Assembly: GCA_964394435.1 (NCBI GenBank)
Contig: CAYMXN010000001.1
Location: 170,428 to 234,427, forward strand
DNA: 64,000 nucleotides
Reading direction: 5' to 3'
Origin: an uncultured Candidatus Saccharibacteria bacterium
GTDB lineage: Bacteria; Patescibacteriota; Minisyncoccia; UBA6257; 1-14-0-10-44-23
Position 1 is the first letter of the stretch. Every line of letters starts with the position of its first letter. A model generated the notes under the pieces. The model worked only from the letters and a program-made list of their open reading frames with translations. It had not been told where the DNA came from and did not search any database. Positions 62,902 to 64,000 of the stretch are shown in pieces. Position numbers and translations under genes: made by a program.

Positions 62902-63192
62902 TTACGGAGCTAAAAATGGATTTCCTCGACCAAAGGAGCCACCAGTTGGGACATTTACTACTTTACGCAGCGCCTTAAACTCATTACCATCAAATACCGT
63001 GCCCGGATCGAGTGTGAATTTGGCGATCTTCGAAGTTTGTTCAAGTGGCTTTGGCAAGATGACGTCTACTTTTGGTGATGGTGAGAAGAATAAGAAGTAC
63101 GCACCGCCAAAAACGATACCAATAATAATCAGGATGATTAACAGATTAAGAAATCCTATTCCGTTTTTTCGTTCTTCAATGACGATTGCCAT
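62902..63192 (-). CDS. Small membrane protein (96 aa), pilus-cluster associated
   Basis: One TM helix. Position between pilO-like and pilB. Confidence 0.4.
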   Translation of the reverse strand: MAIVIEERKNGIGFLNLLIILIIIGIVFGGAYFLFFSPSPKVDVILPKPLEQTSKIAKFTLDPGTVFDGNEFKALRKVVNVPTGGSFGRGNPFLAP

Positions 63193-63194
63193 AG

Positions 63195-63764
63195 TTATGA
63201 TTGATAATACGTATTAATTGAGACGTTGAAGAAGAATAGATCTTGGTTAGATTTTGATACTGGCTGCATTTTGAGGCTTGTGAGATCCATGACGCGCAGG
63301 TTCTGTTCAACTCCCTGCATAAACATCTTGAAATTTGCGTACGATCCGACAACGTAGATATTAATCTGTGCTGTTCCAACACTGCGAATCAATGATTTAT
63401 CTGACGTAGTCGTTTTTGTTGCTTGGGCGTTATTAATACCGAACTGTTGAATGCTTAGATTGCTTTCTTGTGCGAGGGCGTAGAGCTGACCAAACGCCCC
63501 GGCTGTATCTTCACTCGTGGGGAGCGCGAGACTGACTACGTTGCGCAGGTCTGGAATACTGCGATACTTCGTGAGTAGTGTTTTAACCTGATTTACAATT
63601 TGACGCTGATTGTCGAGTGCTGAAACCTTACTCTGATACTCGCCTCGGAGCTCGTTTACTACATCATACTGCGGCACTACCATATCGGAATACGCAATAA
63701 TAGCACCCAATAAGAGTGAGGCGCTTAGCAAGATGCTGATGATTCGTTTCGTTGATCCTTTCAT
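63195..63764 (-). CDS. pilO: PilO-like pilus assembly protein (TM, coiled coil, C-terminal domain)
   Basis: Architecture and position in the pilM/N/O region. LRVMDLTSLKMQP...FNVSINTYY C-terminus. Confidence 0.5.
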   Translation of the reverse strand: MKGSTKRIISILLSASLLLGAIIAYSDMVVPQYDVVNELRGEYQSKVSALDNQRQIVNQVKTLLTKYRSIPDLRNVVSLALPTSEDTAGAFGQLYALAQESNLSIQQFGINNAQATKTTTSDKSLIRSVGTAQINIYVVGSYANFKMFMQGVEQNLRVMDLTSLKMQPVSKSNQDLFFFNVSINTYYQS

Positions 63765-63768
63765 ATCT

Positions 63769-64000
63769 TTAGAGGGCGAATACGCCTGGATTAATAAAGA
63801 TATTGAGACGGAATCGAACTTTCCCGTCGACAGACTGCGACTCGGTTAACAGATACTTTTGAATTTGAGGAACTTTCGAGAGCCCAGCGAGTTGCGTGGC
63901 AAGTACTTCGTACGAGCTCGCGATACCCTCAAGATTAATACGGCGCTCACCGACCGAAAGATCGAGTGAGGTGAAATATACGCGTGACTCGGTGTTGCGC
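63769..64000 (-). CDS. pilN: PilN-like protein, C-terminal fragment (gene continues beyond the window end)
   Basis: Manual minus-strand translation gives ...GERRINLEGIASSYEVLATQLAGLSKVPQIQKYLLTESQSVDGKVRFRLNIFINPGVFAL, with a stop at 63769-63771. Confidence 0.4.
   Translation of the reverse strand, partial: RNTESRVYFTSLDLSVGERRINLEGIASSYEVLATQLAGLSKVPQIQKYLLTESQSVDGKVRFRLNIFINPGVFAL

Overview
This is a 64 kb chromosomal segment from a small-genome bacterium of roughly 45% GC. The gene content suggests a Patescibacteria/CPR-like organism, but that is an inference from gene content and architecture only. The backbone is housekeeping. It includes seven aminoacyl-tRNA synthetases (glyQS C-terminal fragment, metG, leuS, gltX, serS, lysS and a pheS with an extra C-terminal domain), gatC-gatA, ligA, map, adk, greA, ychF, alr and tatD. 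It also includes cell-envelope genes (ftsW-like, murG, murD, FtsQ-like, M23 and M16 peptidases) and a sortase with an LPXTG substrate. A 23S-5S rRNA pair without an adjacent 16S and three tRNAs (Met-CAT, Asp-GTC and an initiator-like Met-CAT) are present. At the 3' end is a complete minus-strand type IV pilus cluster (pilN/O-like, pilB, pilT, pilC, pilA, pilD and four minor pilins). Many short GC-rich (about 55-60%) islands are interspersed among these genes, carrying either ORFan proteins or no ORF at all. Several of the ORF-free islands are bracketed by near-consensus sigma70 promoters and intrinsic terminators (41.0-41.6 kb on the plus strand; 49.7-50.1 and 50.2-50.9 kb on the minus strand; 6.66-6.9 kb minus; 33.2-33.6 kb minus). 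I read these as expressed structured RNAs of unknown class; motif checks for RNase P, tmRNA and SRP RNA were negative. The best candidate for an undescribed system is a module at about 24.2-28.0 kb. It contains a PIN-domain nuclease with an overlapping small upstream ORF, a CxxC zinc-ribbon protein, a Cas4/RecB-like PD-(D/E)xK nuclease with a C-terminal Cys cluster and a GC-rich ORFan. Two transcription units in it carry the same 27-bp upstream motif, and there is no CRISPR array or integrase nearby. No transposases, CRISPR arrays or rRNA introns were seen.
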